This document shows positions 12,353-24,200 of a stretch of 64,000 nucleotides of DNA, in pieces (position 1 is the stretch's first letter; each line of letters opens with the position of its first letter). A program made the translations under genes and the position numbers. Below the pieces are notes generated by a model, which was given only the letters and a program-made list of their open reading frames with translations, made no database searches and was not told the DNA's origin. The stretch is from Podospora anserina (Eukaryota). Where the stretch lies: NCBI GenBank assembly GCA_017654855.1, contig CM030333.1, positions 3,906,001-3,970,000 of the forward strand, in the 5' to 3' direction.

Positions 12353-15300
12353 ATGGCACCGGGCGCGGGCCCCGCGGGGGGAGGGGGAGGAAATATCAAG
12401 GTGGTGGTCCGATGTCGTCCCTTCAATTCAAGAGGTAAGCGACCGCCTCCTAGGCTACAAGAGTGCATATGGAGATGGTGAACTGACCTCTCACCTCAAG
12501 AACATGACCGAAACGCAAAATGCATCATCGAAATGAAAGGAAACCAAACCATCCTCACCCCTCCAGATGCCAGCGCGGGTGGAGGGAAATTAAGTGGGAA
12601 AGACTCGGCTCCCAAAGCGTTCGCGTTCGACAAGTCATACTGGTCATTCGATAAAAGCGCTCCAAACTATGCCGGTCAGAACCACCTCTTCGATGACCTG
12701 GGCCGACCGCTGCTCGACAATGCCTTTCAGGGGTATAACAACTGCATCTTTGCCTACGGCCAGACCGGTTCGGGAAAGTCATACTCGATGATGGGATATG
12801 GGAAGGATGCGGGTATTATTCCCATGATTTGCCAGGACATGTTCGAACGGATCAAAGTGATGCAGCAGGACAAGAATTTGAAGTGTACGGTGGAAGTCTC
12901 GTATCTCGAAATTTACAACGAAAGAGTACGCGACTTGCTGAACCCAGCGAACAAGGGAAATCTCAAAGTCAGAGAACACCCTTCAACGGGTCCGTATGTG
13001 GAAGATTTGGCCAAGCTGGTGGTAGGAAGCTTCCAGGAGATTGAGAACCTGATGGACGAGGGTAACAAAGCCAGAACTGTGGCGGCTACCAACATGAACG
13101 AAACTTCGAGTAGATCCCACGCCGTATTCACTCTCATGCTCACCCAAAAGAGATTCGATCCTGAGACAAAGATGGAGATGGAAAAGGCTGCCAAAATCTC
13201 TTTGGTTGATTTGGCTGGTTCGGAAAGAGCCACCTCCACGGGAGCGACAGGCGCGAGATTAAAAGAAGGCGCTGAAATCAACCGATCGTTGTCAACACTT
13301 GGTCGAGTTATCGCAGCCTTGGCCGATTTATCAACGGGCAAGAAAAAGAAGGGCGGTACTGGCCAGGTACCATATCGCGACAGTGTTCTTACTTGGTTAC
13401 TCAAAGACTCGCTGGGTGGCAACAGCATGACGGCCATGATAGCAGCCGTGAGTCCAGCAGATATCAACTACGACGAAACCCTGAGTACGCTACGTTATGC
13501 CGACTCTGCCAAGCGCATCAAGAACCACGCAGTTGTCAACGAAGACGCCAACGCCAGAATGATTCGCGAGCTCAAGGAAGAGCTGGCACTGCTTCGGAAC
13601 AAACTGGGTGGTGGTGGAGGAGCTCCAGGGATGCCGGTAGAATCATATCCAGAAGGTACGCCTCTCGAGCAGCAAATCGTCAGTATCACAGCACCGGATG
13701 GTACGGTCAAGAAGGTCTCCAAGGCAGAAATTGCGGAGCAGCTCAACCAGAGCGAGAAGCTTCTGCAGGATCTTAACCAGACCTGGGAGCAAAAGCTGGC
13801 CAAAACAGAAGAAATCCACAAGGAGCGCGAGTCTGCACTCGAAGAGCTTGGTATCAGCATCGAGAAGGGCTTCATTGGCATGTCGACGCCCAAAAAGATG
13901 CCTCATTTGGTCAACTTATCAGACGACCCGCTTTTGGCCGAGTGCCTCGTTTACAATCTCAAACCTGGAATCACAACGGTTGGCAACGTCGAGTCTAACG
14001 CGGACCACCAAGCAAATATCCGTCTGAACGGCTCCAAAATTCTCCACGAGCATTGCACCTTTGAAAACGCGCCTGATGGGACCGTGACAGTCATTCCGAA
14101 GGAAGGAGCGGCCGTCATGGTCAACGGCAAACGGGTTACAGAACCTTATCAGCTGCACTCTGGATATCGGATTATTCTAGGCGATTTCCACATCTTCAGA
14201 TTCAACCACCCGCTCGAAGCTCGTGCGGAGAGGCAGGAGCGAGCGGACAAGAGTCTGTTGCGCCAGTCCGTTACCGCAAGCCAACTGCAAGCACTTGAGA
14301 GAACGTCACCCACACCCAGCCCCAGACCTGGCCATGACAGGAACCTTAGTACAGCCATCTCAGACTTTGGTGGGAGCCGCCCGGACTCTCCCTCTCCATT
14401 TATGCGAAACCCCAGGGAGGCAGATTGGTCTTTCGCGCGCAGAGAGGCGGCTGGCGCCATTCTGGGGACAGATCAAAATTTCGCCAGTCTTTCAGACGAG
14501 GAGCTCAACGCTCTCTTTGAAGAAGTGCAACGAGTCCGGGCCGAACGTGTCAATGGCCGCGATGACAACGAGGACATGGAGTCGATGGCATCCTTTCCTG
14601 TCAGGGAGAAATACATGTCAACGGGCACCCTGGACAACTTTTCGCTCGATACAGCACTAACGATGCCATCTACCCCTAAGCAGGGCGAGGCCGAGGACAG
14701 GCTGCGTGAGATTCGCGAAGAGATGCAGACACAACTTGAGAAGCAAAAGGAAGAGTTTCACGATCAGATCAAGAGTGCCGAAGCGGCAAATGTGGAGGTT
14801 GCCGAGATCAAGAAGGAGAAGGCCAAGATGGAGGAGACTCTGGTCAAGATCAAGGCCGAGATGCAAAAGCAGCTTGAGGTGCAAAGGCAGGAGTTTGAGA
14901 AGAAGATTGAGAAGTTAGATCCCCTCAAGAGACCGAAGCCCAAGCCGAGACTCTCGGAAGAGGAGATTGAAAGAGCCAAGGTCGCGGTCAAACATTGGAG
15001 GGGGAGGCACTATGTGCAAATGGCCGAGGCGGTCCTTCAGCATGCTGCTACACTGAAAGAGGCACAGATCATGAGTCACGAGCTGGATGAGCATGTCGTT
15101 TTCCAGTTTACAGTGGTGGATGTGGGCCACATGATGTGTTCGTCCTACGACATGGTCCTTAACGGGCTGACCGGCGAAGGGGAAGATCCCGCACTCGAAG
15201 ATGCACCCAAGCCGTGCATTGGGATCCGGGTTATTGACTACAAGCAGAGTGTGGTACATCTATGGAGCATCGAGAAGCTCTACGATCGAGTGAGACGCAT

Positions 15301-17677
15301 GCGGCAGATGTATCAGTACCTGGACCAGCCTGAATATGCCCAGCATCTCAGTTTGGACAACCCATTCATTGAGGACTGCATGCCGCAGTATACCCTCGTT
15401 GGAGAGGTTGACGTCCCGCTCAAGGCTGTCTTTGAAAGCCGAGTTCAAGACTTTACGCTTGACGTATTCTCCCCATACACATCGCACACGATCGGGATTA
15501 TCAAGTTGGCGCTGGAGCCGTCTAGCGCGCGAGCGCCCACCAACACTCTCAAGTTTAACATCGTTATGCACGAGATGCTTGGGTTCCCCGAACGTGAGGG
15601 CACCGAGGTGCATGCCCAGCTATTCATTCCTGGCATCTCCGAGGATGGCATCACTACTACGCAGATGATCAAGGATTTCGACGAGGGCCCCATCCGGTTC
15701 GAGAGCGTTCATAGTATGAGCGTTCCGCTGTTCGCGCCACCCCAGACTACTCTTCGCGTGGCTATCTTCGCCAAAGTGTCTGCCATGCACCTCGACAAAC
15801 TTCTCAGCTGGGACGACATGCGAGACGCTGTGCCTGCCAACCAAAAGCCCAAGACTCCTAGGATCAGCGAGACTCAGTTCTATACCGAAGAGAAGCATGA
15901 TCTGCTCACCCGAGCGCAGATATTGGAGCTGAACGAAGAGGGCGAGTACAAGCCAGTCGAGGTCACGCAAACAAGCGAGATGGACAATGGAACTTTCCAG
16001 TTGCATCAAGGTCTGCAACGACGCATTTCTCTCAATCTCACTCACAGCTCTGGTGATGCCCTGCCGTGGGAAGAGGTGGCCAACATGCGAGTGGGTAAGA
16101 TCCAGCTGCTGGATAGCGCTGGAAAGTCACCTGACATGGGATCTTCTGGCCCCGACCTCCATCTCAAGTTGGCCTCCAAACCAGTTTTCCGGACGAATGC
16201 CAATGGTACCAGAGGCTTGACGATCATCGGTCAGTGGGACTCTAGCTTACACAATTCGCTGCTACTGGACAGGATGACTTCGGAGAAGTACCGAGTTCAA
16301 ATGACGGTGTCCTGGGAGATTTTGTCAGAGAAGCTAGCAGAGCCGATGAAGTTTTCAATGAATCTCTGCGTACAAATTGTCTCGCGGTCGTTCATACGAC
16401 AAACATCAATGTTTTCGTCGCTCTGGCAAAACGTTCGGTTTGTGCACTCTTGCACAGGGATCTTCACTCTTCAAATGCGACCTGCGCCTATTAAGAGGGC
16501 GGGCGACTTGTGGAGGATGAATAGTCAGCATGACTACGTCAAGGGAGAGGAGCTTCTTACGGCTTGGACACCGAGGGGTGTATCTCTTGTGGCGGACTTT
16601 ATTGGTTCAAGGAGGAAAAAGCAGATGATGAGTGAGATGGCAGTTATCCAGTCGCTGATGAAAAAATATGGCTATAGGGAGAATGGGCACCTCAACGGGA
16701 ATGGAATAGACGGTGGAACCGACGATGACCTTTTGCCACCACCGAAAATCAACAGCGATGCTGATTCTATCGCCGAGTTGCTCAAGGATGACACACCTGA
16801 GGTATCGCCGACTACATCACCTGTTATCTCTCACTCCGAGCTCGCCAAGGATGGGGAAGAAAGCCCTGAATCAAGAACGACCGAGGAGCCCACACCACCA
16901 CTGGAGGAAGAGAAACCAGCATCAGAGTATGACGACAGGCAAACTGCCCTGTTAAACAAATGTCTCAAGCTCTGGCAGCGCTACCCAGACTCTACGCTCA
17001 AACTCATTTCACCGGAAAACACCGATCCTCCAGAGGATGGTGTTGCAACTGAAAACAACCCCAACGGCAATGGGAATGAACACCATTACAGCGCCCCCAC
17101 CTTTGTCGCTACTGTCATCCGGGTCCCTAAGAACCCTTCCGTCCTCAAAGGCGGTTATCTCTTGGTCCCCAACGCCGACTCAACTCGCTGGGTGAAGCGC
17201 TTCGTTGAGCTCCGTCGTCCATACCTTCACATACACTCCGTCGCCGACGGAGAAGAAATCGGCATTGTCAGCCTTCGAAATGCCCGGGTTGACTCGCAAC
17301 CTGGTATTCTTGGCCTCCTACACTCCCATCAAGACTATGACCACAACAACTTTGACCCTGACAACGTGGCTCAACAACAAAGCGGCGGTATCGTAGGCGG
17401 CGTCGCGTCCACGGCTACAGGTTTGATCTCGTCTTTGACAGGCACACCCGGACAAGGGCAAGGGATTAGCAGGCTCAGCGAACGGCTGCAAGCAGGCGTG
17501 TTTGCCATTTACGGGACGGATAACACGTGGCTCTTTGCAGCGAGGAGCGAGAGGGATAAGCTGGAGTGGATTTTTAGAATTGATCAGAGTTTTGCGCAGA
17601 CGGGGAGCACACCGGCCGGGAGTGTGATGGGTGCCGGGAGCAACAGTGGGACTGCTAGTCCCATGCCGAGGTGGTGA
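12353..17677 (+). CDS. unc-104: Kinesin-3 (UNC-104/KIF1A family; UncA/Nkin2-like) motor
   Basis: Exon 1 12353-12434 (MAPGAGPAGGGGGNIKVVVRCRPFNSR), intron 12435-12500, then a long exon. Motifs: P-loop GQTGSGKS, NETSSRSH, LVDLAGSE, K-loop (KKKKG), FHA region (PHLVNLSDDPLLAECLVY...HSGYRIILGDFHIFRFNHP) and a C-terminal PH domain. Confidence 0.96.
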
Positions 17678-18286
17678 AGAAGAAGCGCGCAGAGGAAAGA
17701 GCACAATCGGATAGGGGTGGATGGGATGGTAAAAAGGGAGATACCCAGGACTTTTTATTTCTTTCCTTTATTTTGTTGACTTTTCGTTTATGAAGAACCT
17801 GGATTTTCATGAGCTGCTTTCATCCTGGCAGGAGATGACACACTGGAGGGGAGAAGATTTTGCTATAGATGGTTTCGTAAAGACGGTGGCATAGAAAGAG
17901 CTCCCTTTTTGTTTGTTGCCAGACTCATGATTTGTTTTTTTCCCTGTTGGTACATGAGATAAATGTATATAGCTAGGTGAGGTAGTTAGAAGCATGCTTT
18001 TGCAACACGCGATACGCGAACAAGGAAACATGTGACAGAGGGACGGTTGATTGTTAAAGCAGGATAAGGTAGTTAGGAAGGGGGCAGCCAGGGAAATGAA
18101 TTGGGATGTAAATGAGGTTATGGAATTGAGCGAGATACCTATCATGCTTTGAAAAGTTGTCCCTTGGGTGTCAGTGATGTCTCGTTGTTTGCTAGCAGCG
18201 GCCCATCATCCCGGTCTTCAGCGTGTACATATGGAAGCTGGAGAGAGAATCCAACTTGATCAACTTAGTTTCTGCCCTCAACCAGC

Positions 18287-18406
18287 ACATACGACCATAC
18301 GCAGGTGAAAATACGGGATCCCGTCCGCTCTCCCCTGATCAAAACAGCTTACGGCCAGACCAGTACTCAGGTGGGTGACCACTGGGGAATTCCTGGTGTT
18401 GTATGT
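18287..18406 (+). rRNA. Dispersed 5S rRNA gene (divergent copy, possibly pseudogene)
   Basis: 120 nt ACATACGACCATAC...GGATCCCGTCCGCTCTCCC...AGTACTCAGGTGGGTGACCACTGGGGAA...GTGTTGTATGT with complementary ends (helix I), followed by a T-run Pol III terminator. Matches the ascomycete 5S pattern. Confidence 0.9.
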
Positions 18407-18775
18407 TTTTGGACCCTTTTTGGGTCCACTTAAAGGTCATCGCGAGGTCCTGGCAGCAGCACATTCGAGAGTTTTGAATGGGTGTTAAAAAGATGATGGT
18501 TGACTCGAGAATGTGCATTATATAATATTCATTTTGACCGATCTGATGGAATGGTTCCACGAGACCAGATGTCTAAATCTCGAGCTTCAGAAAAAGTCTG
18601 GGTTACGTTTGTCTGATGACGCTTACCGGAGCTTGGTTTTCGGTTTTCAAATCCCTCAAGAAATTGGCCGCTTGTTGTCGATAGATCTTGCTTGCCAGTA
18701 ATCCTCGCACATCATTTAGGACACTGTCAGTATTATGAGCAATCAGCGTACATGCAAATGCATGGACACCCTCAC

Positions 18776-18967
18776 TACAAAATAGTTGATACACACAAGT
18801 AGGTTAACCCATATCTATTGTGAATTATGCGTTAAAAGATGGCCATTACGCTTTTACAGATAGTAATAGGTCTTTAAAGATAGTTAAAGTACCTTTTAAT
18901 TTACCTTCAAGGTATAGTTTACAATATCCTATAGGTTAACCTACTTGTGTGTATCAACTATTTTGTA
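18776..18967. mobile_element. MITE / internally deleted Tc1-mariner-type DNA transposon with TA target-site duplication
   Basis: Perfect 34-bp inverted repeat TACAAAATAGTTGATACACACAAGTAGGTTAACC (18776-18809) and its reverse complement (18934-18967), i.e. 32-bp TIRs plus flanking TA. Non-coding AT/TpA-rich interior. Confidence 0.85.
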
Positions 18968-19163
18968 TTGAACAGAGATGTGGGTTACAGTATTGTATTC
19001 TACACGCTCCGGTCTTTTTCCATTTTTTTTCGCTAGCTAGCCATACTCAATCAACATCACCACTACGCCCGCTCCCACCCACTACACTCCTCATTGCTTT
19101 CATATAGACGACTATGCCGAGCCCCTGGATGGACGCTTGAGAGCTCTGCCAAGAAAAAGCATC

Positions 19164-21651
19164 CTAAGCCCGCGCCTCCAAGTATTTTGCTGCCTTTTCC
19201 CAAACAGCCTGGTCATTGGCCGAGAGCTCGCTCTGAGGCAACGCCTTGATACCCGCATAAATAGCCTTGAAGAACTCGCAGGCAATCTCGAGGTCTTCCG
19301 GAAAGGCAGTGGCGTAGGGGATATAACTGGAGGGAAAGTTCTTCTTCTTCTTGGCCATCTCGGGGTCGTTGGGATTGATCTCGTCAAAAAACGTCTTGAC
19401 GGCAATGCCGAGGGATACGTCGGGATCGAAATGGAACGGGAGGCTACAACGTCAAAGTCAGTACATTTGGGTGTAGAAATGAGGAGAGATACCCATCCCA
19501 TACCTGTTGCCCAACTCCCAGTTGGCGTCTTTCCGCCGGTCAGCCTGAGCAGCCATGAATGTCGAAGCCAAGATCGCCTCCACCAAGTCACGGTCTGCCG
19601 CCCGCACCTCGGATGCCAACGAACGGAAAGCCAGCAGACTCTTGCTGAGGGGCCCCGTATACCCATAGGATTCATGCCGAAGTTTCAGCAGGCACGCACA
19701 CCTGCTGATCAACAGCAAGCTCAATTGGTCGTCCTCGCTGCCGTGCATGGGTAAGCCGCGCAACTCTTCATGCTTGTTCTTGGCATTTAACAAGTCGAAA
19801 CGAACGAGCTCAAGAGCGACAATGATGGACTCATAAAGGTGTGGTACCTTCCAGTACCTCTTGGCTGTTGGCTGAAGTGCAGTGAGAGCTTGTGATAAGG
19901 CCTTGCCCCAGCTGGTGAGTTCGTGTTTATTGTCAACGTAGCCCCGAATGTGAAGAAACCGCCAGATGGAGAAAGATTTGATGAGGTCAGGGCTCAGATT
20001 CTTCACCTTTTTGTCCTTCTGAGAAAAGGTGGTGGCAACGAACTCTGGCTTCTCAAGCGCCAGAACTTCAGAAAAGATGGATCCGTGGACAAAATCCGGG
20101 AACAACTTCTCGACTACCTCGGCGGACACTCTCCAGCTTTTCCACTGCTCCAGGTAAGGGCCCTGGTTCTTGAAGTCCCACAACTTCCGCTTAAAATCCC
20201 GATCAAACCATACGCCCATGGTGACGGTGCTGTGTAAGAAGGCACGGTGAAGGCGAGCTACCACCAAGCTCAAGGCGGCTTCTTTGATCTGGGGAGTTTG
20301 TTGAGTAACCAGCTTCCTGTACTCAGGCGAGACCGTCCCATCCAGGGTGGGCAAAACCTCCATCGAGGCCGACGTCTGCTTCTTAGAGGCTTCAGCCTGA
20401 GTAAAAGCATGCGTGATGGGGTTCAGAATCCGTGGCCCAATTAGACCTGTGTTCAGGTAATGGAACATCTCGGGCGGAAGAGAGAGGCCCAAATACTCAT
20501 AGTTGTCTTGGGTAAGAGTGTCATAGTTGTGAACGGTTATTTCTCCGTTTTCCTTGATGTAGGTGAAGTGGTCAACAAGCATTCGGGCCTTGCGGTACTT
20601 GTCCAACCAGTTGGGATCCTGTGCTTTGAGGGTATCGGCAAAGGTGATGCAGACCTGCGTCACATCCTTACGAGCGACTCGCAGGATGTTCAAAGCATCA
20701 TTGATGTTGGACGGTTGGTTCTTGATGATGTTGCCGTCTGTAAGGGCAGGAAAGGCCGGTAGAAACGACGTGCCCGCCATGAGCATCAGGTCGACAAAAG
20801 TATGGTGAGTGACGTTGAGGACACTCAACAGATGAGTCTTGGAAACTGCGCGGACGGTTCTAGTTTCCCAGTCGATGCTTCTGATCACGCAGTCATTGAT
20901 GGGGTACATCAGGAGCTCGACAGACCCCATGACACCACCGGCTTGGTCCGAGTCAGTCATATCAAACGAAGCAATCTTTTCACACGACGTGTTAGCAAGA
21001 ACCTTCGGTAGGCATCAGGCAATCCTTAAACTGCTCACCTGAGCTGCAGCGTTGAAGGGCGCCACAAGAAAGTGAAGCTTTCTCTCCTTCAGTATCCCTT
21101 GAAGAAGGCGATAGAAGTTGTGAGGATGAAAGGCATCTAATTCAATTAGCTCTGAGCGAGACATGTCGCCTTCCCTGCGACCCTTGGGTTCAGGTCGATT
21201 TACATACTCGTGTTCTCGCCGAATGACTGAACGGCAGCATCAGCCTGGCCATTGAAGTACTGCTCCCAGGCCCTGTCGGTTTGGGCAATGCCTTCCCGAG
21301 CACGTCTGATGTTGACCTCATCTTGACCCTTGAGATTTTGGCCATCAAAGATAAAGAAAGGGATAACATTGTTGGCCTGCCATTGGTTAAGATCGTTCTC
21401 AATGCGCGACTGGATACCGGTTACGCCCCCGAGGGCCGAGAGGAGGGGTTCGCTGGGCTGTGAATCGAGCTGGAGGTGGAGATAGTAGGTCGCGTCAACT
21501 GCGATGGCGTGGTCCTCGAGCATCGATACAGGATAGCTCCTGAATGAAAGCAGGCAAGCGGTTAGCAAAGGTGCTCGGAGAAGGCGGACGAAATGGAATT
21601 GACCTACGCCACCTGGGAGTTGATGTACGCATCCTCAAGAAGAGCTTCCAT
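19164..21651 (-). CDS. MKT1: Mkt1 homolog (XPG/PIN-like N-terminus, MKT1_N and MKT1_C domains), multi-exon
   Basis: ATG at 21651 (MEALLEDAYINSQ), then HAIAVDATYYL...EPLLSALGG...PFFIFDG, APFNAAAQ, LMAGTSFLP, YLGLSLPPEMFHYLNTGLIGPR, LHIRGYV...LTSWGKAL, GYTGPLSKSLLAF. Segments are joined by GT..AG introns; stop at 19164. Confidence 0.88.
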
Positions 21652-23029
21652 GGCTGATTAGTGAACGGTGCTTTCAAAGTAGAATATATAAGAAAAGAGA
21701 GGTGAAGAGACGGGGATCCGTCGTTGGGTTTGTTGCCGTAGGCGCCGAACACAAAGATACGAGACAGCGAATGGCTGGGGGGGTATTGTCTTGTGTTGCG
21801 TACGGTATGCGATGTGTGCGTGGAACAGCGGTGGTGTCACAGTGGTGGGAGAGCTTGTGATGCGTCACTCCCCGAGCTCGAGGATGCGTAAAGGTAGGGC
21901 AGGTTGTTGTTTCGCAACGATAAGGAAGGTACGGCGTGCGTGGAGAGGTAGGCGCAGAGCTTGGTGGCAGATGGCGGCGGGGTAGGTGTTCGTTTCGTCG
22001 TCGAGAGTAGAGCGCAGAGGGCAGAAAGAGGGCAAGAGCAGTCGAGAGAAAGAAGTCAGATCGTGGACTTACTCGGCATCGTGACGGTGCGGCGATCACA
22101 GCAGCGATCAACAACGAGTCTTGGGGGCAGTATTCGGCGCGGCAACAATGACAGAGGGGGGGGGGGCGTCTATGAGAGGGTCCCACAACTGGCGGCCAAA
22201 TAACCTTTCCCCAAAAGAACCCAAGAGTCGCAAAGCTGGGGTCCCTTTCCTTCGGTTGGGCTGGAGCAACTTCGTAAGAGGCTCTCAACGACAAGATGCC
22301 AGGAACAGACTTAATGGTGGAGCTTCAACCCAAAGCAGAGTCTGGCTGGGCTGACCAGTTAGGTAGATTATGGCTGTGGAATTCGGGTATGATCAAAAAA
22401 TCGTAAAGTGAAGAAGAAGATTAAGGAACGACTCGAGAGTTTGTCAACCACAACCGCAGACCATCATCTGGCCGGAAATCACAAGGAGGGGTCGTTGTTT
22501 TTTCCTTTTCTCGAAAGAGGCGTGAGGCTCAGGAACCAGAAGACGCTTTGAAACCTTGCTCCCTTTTCCGTGTGGCTGATTGCTGCAGATTGACAGGGGC
22601 CCGAGCTCCCTTCAATCAATGGGTGCGCACTGTGTAGACACACTGTGACCCCTGAGATGCCCCCTTTCCATCTAGCTCTCATGGATTCCAACATTGAGGA
22701 TCTGTACTCAGGCATGATTCAAAAATGTATGAACGCAAAATAATAGAAGATACCTTGCCTACTCAGTCAAGGACTGCGCCTCAGCATCAGACTAGGTGTT
22801 GAGACCCAATCCCATTTGCTTACTCACACCCAGCCAACATTTCAAAATATTTTCCAGAAGCCTCGAAGCCTGCAATGGAAGCCTTCTACTTCCAATTTCT
22901 CAGCCTGATAAATCAGTCCAATTGGTTTTGATTTCAACACCCACCATCAAGTTACCTAACCACTCCGGAACGTAACCGTTAGGCGACTCCTCAGTGACTA
23001 AGCCCGACTACCTACTGCTGCAACCTAGG

Positions 23030-24200
23030 AGGCCATATTATTCAACCCCCAAGTTCATGTAATACCAGCCCTTTTTTAATCGCCTACCGTCTTTGTGGCA
23101 AATGTCCCCCGGATTCTCACCGCTTCATTGGCCTTGTCCGCAGCCGGTACTATCTCAGTCAAGACTCACACCCACACACTCAGCCCTACCCGCACACCAG
23201 CCGTCTTCCGCCCTTAAGGCTGACCAACTGCCATATTAGTGCCCTCATATCTTGAGCCCCTAAAAGGCCACCATATACCAACAAGAGTAGAGCTCCACCA
23301 TACCAACCCTCAAAGAAACACATTTGCCTATGACCATCTAGAACCATCTAGACCTCATCAACCCCCAAAGCAGCAAAGTTGCCCAAAAATAACAACCTGC
23401 CGGCCTAGATCTAGACCCGGCCAGCCCGACCCCAACGTCGATCAAGCGACAAGAAAAGAAAAGATTCCCGCGCGGCCAGGACCAGGTCATGAGTATAGGT
23501 GTGTGTGGGGATATATGCGTGGTCGACCGGCCTAGCCGCTGAATCAAGGTCATCAAATGTACGGTTCTTCATTCGACCCACTCGCACAACAAGAATGGAG
23601 TGAGAGCCGTTATTCAGCATCCAGCATGATATCGCCGGATGCCTGATCGAAACCCGCCAAATGGAGATAAGCCCAATGGTGGATGGACCTAGACTTCCAC
23701 GACTTCGTAGATTCAAGACCATTAACGTTGGCTGTGTAGAAGTACTCGCAAGTTGACCACCCAAGCCCTGGAAGCCATGGTATAGGACACTGGTAGCTAC
23801 CCACACACCTACCGGTGACGAGATCCATTATCCGGCATCTATACTAGACAGTCCAGCCTGATATCACAAGGCCCGATGCCTAATGAGCGTCCATCTCATC
23901 TTCCCTAGAGTCGTAACAATGTCGGTGAGTCTAGACTTCTGCAAGTCATTAGTTTCAACATCACAAATGTTGATAGGCATATATTCAGCATAGCAAAGAC
24001 GATCTCTTACTCAGCAACCTCCTTGATATTGCCACATGCTGACCTCAAGTCCCAGTTTACCTCACGAAATCCACCGAACCGACAATGTCGATGACAACGA
24101 CGACGACGACGACGACAGTAGAACGAGCCCAGAGTTCCGCAGCTCGGTTACCACAAAGCCAGTAGAATGAGTCCAGACTCCTGCAACTCCGTGACTCAGG
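23030..24200 (+). pseudogene. Possible decayed gene relic
   Basis: One + frame reads ...SNVRFFIRPTRTTRME*EPLFSIQHDIAGCLIETRQMEISPMVDGPRLPRLRRFKTINVGCVEVLAS*PPKPWKPWYRTL..., protein-like with scattered stops and ending in a (GAC)n acidic run. No family recognised. Confidence 0.2.

Noticed and set aside
11628-12438. ORFs of 223 aa (-) and 146 aa (+) upstream of the kinesin
   Set aside because: Non-ATG or weak starts and no domain features; they overlap the kinesin promoter, 5' UTR and first exon.
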